Shown piece by piece: positions 29,727 through 44,090 of a stretch of 64,000 nt of DNA. How positions within the stretch are numbered: position 1 is the stretch's first letter; each line of letters opens with the position of its first letter. Source of the stretch: Octopus vulgaris (Eukaryota); the NCBI GenBank assembly GCA_951406725.2, contig OX597821.1, positions 84,940,001 to 85,004,000 of the forward strand, given 5' to 3'. The position numbers and the translations under genes are program-made. Under the pieces are notes generated by a model, which saw nothing but the letters and a program-made list of their open reading frames with translations, was not told the origin of the DNA and searched no databases.

Positions 29727-30747
29727 TGCCTTCGAAACATGCTTGACTCCACTAGCGACAGCTGATGACGGGGGTTTTGTCCGTGTGTAGCTCGTCCTGT
29801 AATTGTTTTTTCGTTTTCTTGTTTTTTGTTTTTTTGTTTTTTCCGTTTCTACGTCTTATTGTGATGTCCTGTACTCACGTATAATTATTTATATGTGCAT
29901 GTATATATACATGTAGATGTAGGTACGTACATATATGTTTGTATGTATGCATATATTTTTATTTATCACCTTATTGTCTGACAGCGCCCCGCATTAGGTT
30001 CGTTCCGATTCGTCGTTTCGTTCCACTTCTTGGTTCCTTTTTTTTATATTATTATATTTAAGATGCGGAATTCTCTCCCTTTGCTTTAACCTCTTCACTC
30101 TCTCTCCCTCCCACTCCTCCTCTCTCTCTCTCAGCCGCGTGTCCCCCTCCTCCTTCCTTCTTCCTTACTGCCAGCCTATAAAATAAAATTTCTTTTACAC
30201 GTGGTTCTTACTACTGAAAAGACTGCCTCCACGCGCTGATACAATATCCTTCGTCTTCGCCAGAAAAAGGCTTTTTCGTTCGTCCCCTTGTGTGTTTGAT
30301 TTCCTGTATCGTATTCTCTTTTTATTTTCTCGTTTTGTAATTATTTGTATTTTTTGTACATGTATTTTTATTTTTGCAGTTTTATTGTTACGTCTTGTTC
30401 GTGTTCGTACTCATTTTGCCCCGCTGCTTGGAATTTTATTTTAATTCTCTCGCAGGAAGGCCTATTGGATTAGTGTTCTGTCTCTGCCTTCGAAACATGC
30501 TTGACTCCACTAGCGACAGCTGATGACGGGGGTTTTGTCCTTGTGTAGCTCGTCCTGTAATTGTTTTTTCGTTTTCTTGTTTTTTGTTTTTCGTTTTCTT
30601 GTTTTTGTTTTTTTGTTTTTTCCGTTTCTACGTCTTATTGTGATGTCCTGTACTCACGTATAATTATTTATATGTGCATGTATATATACATGTAGATGTA
30701 GGTACGTACATATATGTTTGTATGTATGCATATATTTTTATTTATCA

Positions 30748-30750
<3 letters not shown>
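29727..30750 (+). mobile_element. Non-coding element with ~245-bp direct terminal repeats (pLTR-like)
   Basis: 29727-29971 repeated at 30485-30750; flanked by (TATG)n and (TA)n; no TG..CA ends or PBS. Confidence 0.7.
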
Positions 30751-30798
<48 letters not shown>

Positions 30799-31000
30799 AC
30801 AATTAAAAATGAGCGCTTTTTACATTCACCATTATAGTGTTTCGATTTTAGTTTGAACAATAAATCATCGCAGACCAACGTGAATTTAATTTAAGAACAC
30901 AACGCAACGTCCGGTCTGGGAACTGAACCCACGATCTCGTAATCGTGAGTGCAACACCTTAACCACAATGCCATGCACCTTGAAACACACACACAGAGAA

Positions 31001-31060
<60 letters not shown>

Positions 31061-31065
31061 GTGTG

Positions 31066-31536
31066 TGGAGGTGCAATGGTCCAGTGGTTAGGGCAGCGGA
31101 CTCGCGGTCGTAGGATCGCAGTTTCGATTCCCAGACCGGGCGTTGTGAGTATTTATTGAGCGAAAACACCTAAACCTCCACGAGGCTCTGGCAGGGGGTG
31201 GTGGTGAATCCTGCTGTACTCTTTCAAGTGGAGGCGCAATGCTCCAGTGGTTAGGGCAGCGGGCTTGCGGTCGTAGGATCGCGGTTTCGATTCCCAGACT
31301 GGGCGTTGTGAGTATTTATTGAGCGAAAACACCTAAACCTCCACGAGGCTCCAGCAGGGTGGTGGTGGCGATCCCTGCTGTACTCTTTTGCCACAACTTT
31401 CTCTCACTCTTTCTACTGTTAGCCTGCTCGCTTAGCCAGCGGGGTGGCGTCATTTGAAGGCTAAAACAATGCGAAGCGCATTGTGACCAGCGATGTGTAA
31501 CAGCATCTGATAGCCTGGTCGGTCATGGTGATCACG

Positions 31537-31540
<4 letters not shown>
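31066..31540 (+). mobile_element. SINE family C tandem: truncated copy plus full copy
   Basis: Heads at 31066 and 31229; tail ends GTGATCACGGTGA-(TA)n. Confidence 0.85.
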
Positions 31541-31588
<48 letters not shown>

Positions 31589-32127
31589 GAAAGAGAATTA
31601 TTTTTACCTACTAATGTTCTTTTCTTTCTCATGATATAAATTGTAAATAAAATTCAAGAGGGTTTTGAAAATTTCCTGCTTTTTTTTTTAATCACTTTAC
31701 CAAAAGCTCCAGGTATAACTACAATTAATGAATCAAAAATAATTCTCTGTGATTGACATTAATTTTCCGGAATCAATAGTGCCGCAGATTTCTTAAATTC
31801 GAATTTTCAAGAGAACCAGACGACAATTTTTCAAGACTGAAATATCATAAATATTAAACTTGCAATTAAATTCTTTTTTCTCCTTTTCTTCTTCCCCACT
31901 CTCACTTGGTTTTTTTTTTTGTTTTGTTTCTTTTGTACTTCTTTCTTTCTTACTATCTATATCTCTACGTTTGTAATTGCCTTTTCCTTTCTTTCTTTCG
32001 TTCTTTCTTTCTTTCTTTCTTTTATCTTGTCTTTCTTTTCCTTCTCTCTTTTCTTTCCCATTCATTTTTACTTTTCATTCTGTTTGTTATCGCTCCGTAT
32101 ATCTATCCAAGCATCTCTCCTTCATTC

Positions 32128-32204
<77 letters not shown>

Positions 32205-32441
32205 CTATCTGTCTGTGTGCCTGTCTGTCTGCCTGTCGATTTATGCACGTGTGTACCTGAATGTATATATATATATATATATATATTTTACATATGCATA
32301 CATGTGCATGCACACAAACACACAGACACACATACAAACACGCACGCACACACATACACACACATACATACACATGTATATATATATATATATATACATA
32401 CTTCTTCATCTTTATCAATATCATTATTATTGGCATTATTG

Positions 32442-32496
<55 letters not shown>

Positions 32497-33154
32497 TAAT
32501 GAATTTCTTTCACCGTCTTTCATTTCTTTCTTTCTACTCGTCACGCCCCATCCTACCCACTAAGGGCTTAATCTTATATGGATGTGTACGTATATGAATA
32601 TGAATACCTATATGCGCATGTTTGTGAGTATCTATGCCTGTTAGTGTATGTGTGTGTGTGTATGTACGTTCGTGTATATGTGTGTGTGTTCTGTGTGTGT
32701 GTGTGTGTGTGTGTGTATAGTTATGTGTGTGTCTATGTGTGCATGTATATGCGTGTGTGTATACAGTGTGTGTAAAATTTGAGTACTTGAAGTGAAAGGT
32801 CATGTTCCCTTATCAGATTGTCTCACCGATTCCTTCACCATGTCATGGAAGTGGGAATAACTTTCCCTACTTCAACTGGTCCCAGAATCATTACGAAGAA
32901 GAAGAGGTGGGGTAGGAAGGGAGGGATGTCATGCGCATGCGCGCGCTCAAACACATAAGTATTGATATATGCAGTGAAAATATACAGAAATATACAATAG
33001 AGGCTTACATATATATATACATATATACATAAACACACTTATACATACATATATACATACATACATACATACATACATATACATACATACATGCATACAT
33101 ACATACATACATACATACATACATACACACATACATACATACATACATACATAC

Positions 33155-33185
<31 letters not shown>

Positions 33186-34001
33186 TACATACATACATAC
33201 ATATATACAAACATGCATACATACATACAAACATACATACACACACACATACATACATACACACACACATACATACATACACACACATACATACACACAC
33301 ACATACATACATACATACATACATACATACATACACACACATACATACATACATACATACATACATACAAACATACATACATACATGCATACATACATAC
33401 ACACACACACATACATACATACATACATACATACATACATACATACATACATACATACATACATACATACATACATGCAAAGCACATATACAAACACACA
33501 AATATACTCTATAAATTTGGGTGCTTAGAGTGAAAGGTCATGTTCCCTTGTCGGATTAATTGGGAACTCTGCCATTGGTTACGTCATACTCTTTCACCGT
33601 GTCGTGGAAACGGGAATAACTTGGCTAACCCCACCACTATTACTAAGAAAAAAGAGGGATCCATCATGGAAACATACATACATATATACATACATTCACA
33701 TAATACATATGCACAAACATACACACATACATATATAAATGGGAGCTGTCAAGTCGTAGACGAGTGTGACCATAACTGACAAATTATCTTATCCTAGATA
33801 TTGAAGACAATGGCTGCCAGCAAACTTCGTCCTGAAATTTTAAGTCAGTAACGGCGAGTATAACAGCTTATACAACACCACTCAGACTTGCACCTACATA
33901 ATCAAGAAGATCCACAGATTTGCAATGAGGCGGTGTTAGTTCAGAATCTTTCTCTAGTGGGATGTCTGAACAAAAACTAGAGGTCTCTCACATGCATACA
34001 T

Positions 34002-34032
<31 letters not shown>

Positions 34033-34391
34033 TACATACATACATACATACATACATACATACATACATACATACATACATACATACATACATACATACA
34101 TACATACATGCGTACATACATACATACATGCGTACATACATACATACATACATACATACACACACACACATACATACATACATACATACATGCGTACATA
34201 CATACATACATCCGTACATACATACATACATACATACATACATACATACATACATACATACATGCGTACATACATGCATACATACATACATACATTCATA
34301 CATACATACATACATACATACATACATACATACATACATACATACATACATACATACATACATACATACATACGCACATACATATATACAA

Positions 34392-35519
34392 ACTGCCATT
34401 AAATGTCGTATCATATACCTTCGACAACATCTTTTAACCACCAACCGTCGAAGTGCATCCCTTGACCAAGTTTGCACACATGAGGCTGATAACATCACAA
34501 GACTTGGAAGACTGCTCCTTGAGCAGCATTCTTTGTCTGATAACCTTAAATATACACCCAAAGACGTCGCACGATTCTACCGCATCATATCATCAGATGA
34601 ATGGATGAGTGTATATGAGCAGAAGACCATGTATGGATATGTTAGTAGGAAGCTCAGAGATGATAGTAACATTGATCATCAAAGAAGTCTATTCTGGACC
34701 AACAAGCAGATTACTACTTCCTGCTTTGAAGAGTATACATTTGCAATCCAGGAACAGGAAATATGAACCGAATAGCTGATGCACAAAAGGGACAGAGATG
34801 CAGAGAAAGCAGTAAAATGTGACAACCAATGCAGACTTTATGGAGTTTAATACCGAAGATATCACCCACATCAATAGCAGTTGTCTGAAAATGTCATTAC
34901 GGTATAACCCACCGATGGGATATGATGTAGTTAGGATACTGTATAACGAGATCCGTCGAAAGGATAACCTCAAGAACAAAGAAATAAGAACCCACAGTGT
35001 GGTGGGGGTCATAGCCACTCGTAATGAAGAGGAGTACTGGTGGAATGTCCCAGTGAAAACGTAATGAAGTGTAAACACAACAGACTTGATATAATGATTT
35101 GGGATAGAGAAGAGAAACTGTGCACAGTTTATGGAAATCAGTTGTTTAGCGAATGTTAACATAAAGCTGAAGATTACTGAACAAGAGAATACCTACGCTG
35201 AGCTATTGAGAAATTTGCTGTTACTCTATCCAGATTATAAGTTCAGGTTTATACCTGTAATTATTGAAGCACTGGGATATGCAACACACTGACTAAATAA
35301 CAATCTTGAGAAATTAGGCTTCTCAAAACCAGAAAGGGGAAAGTTGATTCGAAGACTACAGGTACAAGAATTCACCGAAACTGCTAAAAATCTGTAAACC
35401 TTTCCAGTTTCTCATTTAAGTATATATGAGCATGTTTAGACATGAATCAAAACATACAAATCTGTACATATACATACATACATACATACATACATACATA
35501 CATACATACATACATACAT

Positions 35520-35552
<33 letters not shown>

Positions 35553-35586
35553 TGCATATATACATACACATATATACATCATACAT

Positions 35587-35619
<33 letters not shown>

Positions 35620-35760
35620 TGCATACATACATACATACATACATACATACACATAAAAATATCCTGTTGATGTTGAAATTCCAATGAAGGAGTTTTTGTC
35701 TAGGTTAGAAACCGGCTCTTTATTGACAAAAAATCTTGAAATAAACTGAATAATGACATA
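34392..35760 (+). pseudogene. R4/Dong-like RLE non-LTR retrotransposon, C-terminal part and 3' UTR
   Basis: MYGY, FAIQEQEI, CRL..EDITHINSSC (CCHC-like knuckle), WWNVPVKT, KHNRLDIMIWDR..MEISC (PD-D/E nuclease), FIPVIIEALG; embedded in (CATA)n. Confidence 0.85.
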
Positions 35761-35979
35761 CATATATACATACATACATACCTACATAGACACACATACA
35801 CATATTTCAATACATGCTAGTGCACGTACGGAAAACAATTTCCAGTCGTTACATTCTGCAGAACAGGTCAAATGTTTTAAGTCGCTTGTAATTCTGTCAG
35901 TGATGTAATGTCTAGAGCACTAGAAATACATACATTCATACATACATACATACATACATACATACATACATACATACAT

Positions 35980-36010
<31 letters not shown>

Positions 36011-36049
36011 TATACATACATACATACATACATACATACATACATACAT

Positions 36050-36080
<31 letters not shown>

Positions 36081-36473
36081 TACATACATACATACATACA
36101 TACACACACACACATACATACATACATACATACATATATACATACATACATACATACACACACATACATACATACATACATACATACATACATACATACA
36201 TACATACATAAATACATACATACATACATACATACACACACACACATATATACATACATACATACATACATAACATACATACATATATACATACATACAT
36301 ACACACACACACACATACATACATACATACATACATACATAACATACATACATACATATATACATACATACACACACACATACATACATACATACATACA
36401 TACATACATACATACATACATACATACATACATACATACGCACACACACACATACATACATACATACATACAC

Positions 36474-36506
<33 letters not shown>

Positions 36507-36579
36507 CATACATACATACATACATACACACACATACATACATACATATATACATACATACATACATACATACATACAT

Positions 36580-36610
<31 letters not shown>

Positions 36611-36702
36611 TACATACATACATACATACACACACACACATACATACATACATATATACATACATACATACATACACACACATACATACATACATATATA
36701 CA

Positions 36703-36736
<34 letters not shown>

Positions 36737-37166
36737 CATGCATACATACACACACACATACATACATACATACATACATAACATACATACATACATACAT
36801 ACATACATACATACATACATACATACATACATACATACATACACACACATACATACATACATACATACATATATACATACATACATACACACACATACAT
36901 ACATACATACATACATACATACATACACATAAAAATATTCTGTTGATGTTGAAATTCCAATGAAGGAGTTTTTGTCTAGGTTAGAAACCGGCTCTTTATT
37001 GACAAAAAATCTTGAAATAAACTGAATAATGACATACATATATACATACATACATACCTACATAGACACACATACACATGTTTCAAGACATGCTAGTGCA
37101 CGTACGGAAAACAATTTCCAGTCGTTACATTCTGCAGAACAGGTCAAATGTTTTAAGTCGCTTGTA
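35651..37166 (+). repeat. Direct duplication of ~235 bp
   Basis: 35651-35888 nearly identical to 36927-37165. Confidence 0.9.
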
Positions 37167-37208
37167 CATACTGTCATACATACATACATACATACATACA
37201 TACATACA

Positions 37209-37240
<32 letters not shown>

Positions 37241-37753
37241 CATACATACATACATACATACATACATACATACATACATACATACATACACACACACATA
37301 CATACATACATACATACATACATACATACATACATACACACACACATACATACATACATACATACATACATACATACATACACACATACATACATACATA
37401 CATACATACACACATACATACATAACATACATACATACATACATACATACATACATACATACATACATACATACATTCATACATACATACATACATACAT
37501 ACATACATACATACATACATACATACATACATACATACATACATACATACATACAGCCACCTCACGCTGCCGTAACATGAAATACCGTCAGAAGAAAGTC
37601 TATTTTACATTGATTTCCATGATATATGGAAGTCAACGGTATATTCATTCGGCGAACGGATCTCACGTTACGACAAAATTTTCTTGAACGTAACGCCTCT
37701 GTAACACATAAAAGCCTACATGTATATGTATATATTCGTTCGTGTATGTGTCT

Positions 37754-37830
<77 letters not shown>

Positions 37831-37956
37831 CGCACGTGTACGTTCGTGCTTGTAAGTGTATATATATATATACATATAAATATATATACACACACGCACT
37901 CATACATATACATACAGAGAGAGAGACAGCTAGACAGAGAGAGACAAACAGACAGC

Positions 37957-38017
<61 letters not shown>

Positions 38018-38273
38018 TGAGAGTACGGAGGACAGAGAGAGAGAAACAGAGACTGTAAGAATTGGATAAAGTTGAATGTCTGGAATGTTAGAATGTCAGA
38101 TTAAATCCTAACACCCGTTCATTTTTTTCTTTTTCTTTTACATATGAATTTAAAATCCTGCTGTTATAGTATATTCTATGGCTATACGGCAATCGACTCA
38201 ATCGACTACTACCGCCTTTATTAACTGTATACCCGTTTATATGCATAAGTAATTACACATGCATACACAATTA

Positions 38274-38436
38274 CAGCGTGGAAGACATACGAAGCCATTC
38301 AAAAACACACGAACACTATTAACTTCACTTAAACATTTATTATTATGGCGCGACGAAAATTTTTACAGCAGATAATAAATGCTCCGGTGGAGTTCGTAAG
38401 TGTGTATTTTTAAATGGCGAGTATCTTCCGCCCTAT
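38274..38436. mobile_element. Small degenerate MITE
   Basis: GGAAGA..GCCATTCAAAAACACAC inverted as GTGTGTATTTTTAAATGGC..TCTTCC. Confidence 0.5.
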
Positions 38437-38446
38437 AATTGTTTTA

Positions 38447-38760
38447 GTTGGTTGGTTGGCATCCTTTCTGTCTCGGGAGACAATGGAGTTGCGCATAAAG
38501 TAGTCTAGTCCGGCTTTTATATTTCATGTCCTGATACATTTCCTGCTGTGGCTGTGTAGTCCTTATCCTGGACAAACACTCCCTCTGGCAGGTACCGCAA
38601 ATGTAGCTAAGACTGTTCCTGGCTGGTTGTAATGCCATAGTCTCTCTGTTTTAGTTACAACACAAGGTTTCAGATCAAATCTCTTGCTTGGCAAGTCCGC
38701 CCATGACCGTCGGTAGGGATGAGGGAGGGGTGCACTGGACAGCACTACTTCCTTCGCTAT
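38447..38760 (-). pseudogene. RTE-clade LINE 3' end
   Basis: YICGTCQRECLSRI C-terminal zinc-finger remnant, short 3' UTR, (CCAA)n tail. Confidence 0.75.
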
Positions 38761-38824
38761 TCAATAGTGGACCCTCAGATTCAAAGTGATACACTTATTT
38801 CGAAACTCCACTTTAGCATTATCA

Positions 38825-39295
38825 TAAATTTCGCCGGGGTCAACTTTGCCTTTCATCCTTTCGGGGTCGATAAATTAAGTACCAGTGAAACACTGGGGTC
38901 GATGTAATCTACTAGTCTCCTCTCCCCCGAAATTTCAGGCTTTGTGCCTTTAGCAGAAAAGATTATTACATATTAGTGCCCACCCAGAATATTCTGAAAC
39001 ACCTCCAGGCACCAAAGTTTGGCGACGGGTCTTAGTCCACCTCCGAAATATACAGGCATACCTATATACCGAGCTGGCAGAAACGTTAGCACGCCTGACG
39101 AAATGCGTAGCCGTATTTCGTCTGCCGTTACGTTCTGAGTTCAAATTCCACCGAGGTCGACTTTGCCTTTCATCCTTTCGGGGTCGATAAATTAAGTACC
39201 AGTTACGCACTGGGGTCGATGTAATCGACTTAATCCATTTGTATGTCCTTGTTTGTCCCTTCTGTGTTTAGCCCCTTGTGGGTAGTAAAGAAATA
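38825..39295 (+). mobile_element. SINE family B copies (38825-38965 partial, 39069-39295)
   Basis: Match to 40930-41162. Confidence 0.85.
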
Positions 39296-40233
39296 TATAT
39301 ATTTATTTAAATAAAAAGAATAAAAATTCAAGTCATTCCGGAGATCTTCGATGCTTTATTTTCTGCTAAAAGTGTGGTGGAGAAACTCACCGTTATAGTT
39401 TAGTAAGTTATCCTTCCACCCTATAAAACGTAGTTGGTTTCTGGTGAACTTATTGTTCGTCTTATATGTCTTGGTACTATCTAAATGTACGATTCTGTGG
39501 CGTGGGTGGTTGATATTTCCCACTAGTTTTCTTAATCACATGAGTGGCGTGTGATGAGTAATTTTAATATCACCTGTACAAGTTTTTAGTGATACCATTT
39601 GTATGCAGAAAGATATCGTTAATCCAATACGTGCTATCGCGTTTCGTATAGTCTCGAGTGACATCAACATAACAGCTGATATAAAAGTATTTTTGTTTTT
39701 TTCTTCTTATTTACTTATTTATTCATTTATTTATTCAATTTTCATTTTAAAAAAACGGTCAGTTATCTAAATACAGCATCAAAACTTTGATGAAAATATT
39801 CTCAAACTGCAAGAGTAAATCGCTTTTTCTTTCCTTTTTTTTTTTTTTCTTGCTTGTATCTGTTCTAGAAATTTCTAGTGGATTGGTTTATTTAGAGGCA
39901 TATGAGTATTAAGTGATAATATTGATGGTGAGAATGACGCAAACATTTTGTTTATATTTTACCATTATTTTCTGAATTAGCTTTTTGCAGAAAGTTGAAT
40001 GACGTCACAAGAGCTGAAACAAGGATTCTGACAGTCATTTTTGCGGGTAACGAAAGATGCCTGTTGCTGAAACTTTCTCATCTATAAGGCAGTTTAAATT
40101 GGGTGAATTCCATTCCAGTAATTCTTTACCTGCTTTGTATATCCTACGGAAGGATTTTCACGTGTTCTCTGATAACTCTCGAATACACCTGTATTAAAAA
40201 TCTAGAGAAAACGTGAATTAAAGTAGAATAAAC

Positions 40234-40386
40234 AGGCGTGGCTGTGTGGTAGGAAGCTTGCTTCCCAACCACTTGGTTCTGGGTTCAGTCCCACGGCATG
40301 GCTACTTGGGTGTCTTCTATTATAGCCTCGGGCCAACCAAAGTTTTGTGAGTGGACTTGGTAGATGGAACCTGAAGGAATCCCGTC

Positions 40387-40451
<65 letters not shown>

Positions 40452-40655
40452 TTTTGTGTCTGTGTTTGTACCTACCACCGTTTGACAACCGGTGTTGGTG
40501 TGTTTATATACCCGTAACTTAGCGGTTCAGCAATATCGATAGAATAAGTACTAGGCTTTAAAAAAGAAAAGTCCTGGGGTCAGTTTGTTGGACTAAAACT
40601 CTTCAAGGCGGTGCCCCAGCATGGCTGAGGTTAAATGACTGAAACAAGTACAGGA
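40234..40655 (+). mobile_element. SINE family A, older subfamily
   Basis: AGGCGTGGCTGTGTGGTAGG head and ATGACTGAAACAAGTA tail. Confidence 0.85.
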
Positions 40656-40852
40656 TAACAGATTTAAACTCTCTTCGCCTCCCCACACACACATGGTAGT
40701 GTGGTGGTGTCTGTGTTGGTATTGGTATGCAGTGTCAACTAAGATCATCGAAGCGAAATTCCCCCAAGAGAAATATATCCGTGCTGGGGAGGAAAAATAA
40801 CGAAGTTGAAGAAGGAAAGGTAGGTGGAAGTGTTGCAGAGATATCCACTACA

Positions 40853-40928
<76 letters not shown>

Positions 40929-40929
40929 G

Positions 40930-41715
40930 AAGGCGGCGAGCTGGCAGAATCGTTAGCACGCCGGGCGAAATGCGTAGCCGTATTTCGTCTGCCGTTACGT
41001 TCTGGGTTCAAATTCCGCCGAGGTCGACTTTGCCTTTCATCCTTTCGCGGTCGATAAATTAAGTACCAGTTACGCACTGGCGTCGATATAATCGACTTAA
41101 TCCGTTCGTCTGTCCTTGTTTGTCCCCTCTGTGTTTAGCCCCTTGTGGGTAGTAAAGAAATATATTATTATTATTGTGTGAGAGAGCAGTGCATGCCATC
41201 AAAGTGACACTGGGGTAAAATATACGAAGCCCAGTATACCCATCATGACTACCCGTCTGATAAGGGTACACTAGGCACATGCATCACAACCATATGTGCG
41301 CGACATGGTGATCTCATATCAAGATAACAGCGCATGACCTTGCAGGTGAGGCCCGGTTAGAATTTTCTTCTGGTCAAGTAGCCCATCCCGCTCAAACGGT
41401 CCCTGAATAAGGGTTGTTTAAGGATGTTGAAAAAACCACCCATGTTTCCAGAGGTGAATTATTCAAGCCACAACGAATCCCTCTCAACACATGGCTATGA
41501 TGCTCCCCCACTACTTCTGCTCGTGATCAGAGATGCACATATCGTCAGCCACTAAGGGACATGCTCAACTGGTTAAGGTCAAACAACTGACAAGCAAATC
41601 TGTGGTATTGAGCAGAATATTTGCTGTAGCCCATCTTTTATACCAAGACAAAACAATGTACATGATAACACTTCCAATCAGTTAAGATCAGAAGCCACGA
41701 GAGCCACTGCCTGGT
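40930..41715. mobile_element. SINE family B (40930-41162, +) next to (TAA)n-inserted element copy 2 (41177-41715, -)
   Basis: Matches to 39069 and 28461 copies. Confidence 0.85.
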
Positions 41716-41773
<58 letters not shown>

Positions 41774-41994
41774 CATTATTATAATTATTTTTATTATTTT
41801 TATTTTTTTTATTATTAATATTATTATTATTATTATTGTTGTTGTTGTTGTTGTTGTTATTTAACCGTGAACTTATAATCCGAAAACATCCTAACATTGA
41901 CGATATTACCGTCATGGGAATAACTACTATTAAAGCCTTGAATCTGCCCAGAGTTAAACGGGTAGGCCTCTCATCACCATCCTAAAGAATAATC

Positions 41995-42240
41995 AGTTCG
42001 CTACTTCCCACCTAGGCGCCATCGTCGCCGAGGACTACGTCGGTGTCGGTCGCTACTATATTACGTGGTCGCCGGTCGATTCGCCGATGCTCGATTTCTG
42101 GGTTGTCGGCATCGGTCGCGCTTACTCTCTGATTGGTCGTCGCGATCTGCTCCCATCAGGCTGGGACAGACGCGTAACATTCGCAGATCGCATGGCAATG
42201 TCCATATCCGGTTTTACTCTTTCTTCGGTGAGAGGTTATA
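41995..42240 (-). promoter_or_regulatory. CpG-rich promoter-like patch
   Basis: Dense CpG against an AT-rich background; GACCAATCAG CCAAT box (minus, ~42129-42138); ACGATGGCG start-like context at ~42022. Confidence 0.35.
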
Positions 42241-42311
42241 TTACATGTTATCTAACGCTGTCAAGCGTTGGTGGGTGACAAATACAGACACAAACAGACA
42301 CACACACACAC

Positions 42312-42354
<43 letters not shown>

Positions 42355-42376
42355 AGTAAACACAGATATATAAATA

Positions 42377-43081
42377 CAGTAATACCATACTTTACAAAGA
42401 TCCGCTTTACGAGACGCCGGGTTTACTTTTTTATTTCATAATAATTATAAAAAGGTTGAATAGCCGTCTTGTGTAAGTGGCAACGTTGCAACATGTGACA
42501 ACACTAGCTCTGACGTGTCTACACAGCTGCATTTACATTATTATTTTCGGCATTTTTTAAACCCATCCAATATATCAAAACGAAAGTGTACAACAGGTAC
42601 TGAAGAGAGTTAAAAGAAACGAAAAGCCATCACTTTGGAAACGAAGTATGAAATTGTAAAAATGCACGATGGCGGTACAACTGTGAAAAACATCTGTGAC
42701 GAATTTTATAGAGAGCGGAAAAAAAGCTTCTTCTAAGCAAACAACTCTAGATTTGTTTTTTAAAAAGAAATCTACAAGTCCGTCTACGAGTGCTTGTGAA
42801 TCGGTGTTCGCGTCTATAAGTGATGGTGTGCGCGAGTCTAGTACGAGTTAAAGTGATTCAGAGCACAATTATACTATTAATATTTTTTTTTATTATAAAT
42901 GATCTTGACATTCTACAATCTACTGTTTCTTTATTGCTATTTATTTATGAGTAATACACATTTTATAGGTAAACTATTTTTCTAGGAAGAAATTACGATT
43001 TATAGCATTGATATTATAAGAAATGATTGCTCTACTTTACGGTCTCCGGAACAAATTAACTCGTTTGTCGAGGCATTACAG
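42377..43081 (+). mobile_element. Internally deleted Tigger/pogo transposon nested in a family A SINE
   Basis: TA-CAGTAATACC..GGCATTACAG-TA ends; KRKAITLETKYEIVKMHDGG (psq/CENP-B HTH) joined to KQTTLDLFF; SINE halves at 42260-42300 and 43088-43232. Confidence 0.85.
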
Positions 43082-43779
43082 TATATATACGACGGTCTTG
43101 TTTCAATTCCAATCTACCAAATTCATTCACAAGGCTTTGGTCGGCCCGTGACTATAGTAGAAGTAACTTGGTCAGTGTGCTACGCAGTGAAACTGAACCC
43201 GGAACCATGTGATAGGGAAACAAACTTATAACCACACAGCCACGCTTACGCCTATGAATCAGAAAATTTTAAGACTCAAGAACCTTGTGACTTTAACTTG
43301 AAAGAATAATACATAGTCATCAGTATGTAATGCGGGCAATACATAGAAAAGGTGAGCGTAAGGAAATAGCTGAGGTGACCCAATAACATGGATTTTGATA
43401 ATTCGTGTAGGTGGTTGTTATGAATGCCATAGGTAAAAAGGAAACAAATAAAATCGTCAACTAATATTTGCTTACTAAGAGGTAAATTTCCATTCATTAA
43501 AATCACCACCTTCATGAATGAACTGTGTGGGTGGAGGAGTGTACTTGTTGACTGTGTGTGTATACATGTATATATTTATACGTAAATACACTTGTATCTA
43601 TGTATCTGCCTTAGATACATACATACATACATACATACATACATACATACATACATACATACATACACTCACACATACGTATATATACACACATATATAT
43701 ATGTATATGTATATGGAAATATATATATGTATGTATGTATATATGTATGTATGTATGTATGTATTTATGTATGCTTCTA

Positions 43780-43817
<38 letters not shown>

Positions 43818-43819
43818 TC

Positions 43820-44020
43820 TCTTTTACTTGTTTCTGTCATTTGACTGTGGCCATGCTGGAACACCACCTTTAATCGAGCAAATCTACCCCAGAACTTATT
43901 CTTTGGAAGCCTAGCACTTACTCTATCGGTCTCTTTTGCTGAACCGCTAAGTTACGGGGACGTAAACATACTAGCATCAGTTGTCAAGCTATGTTGGGGG
44001 GACAAACACTGACACACAAA
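43820..44020 (-). mobile_element. SINE family A, 3' half
   Basis: Match to family A tail. Confidence 0.85.
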
Positions 44021-44053
44021 CATATAAACACACACACATACACACACACACAG

Positions 44054-44090
<37 letters not shown>

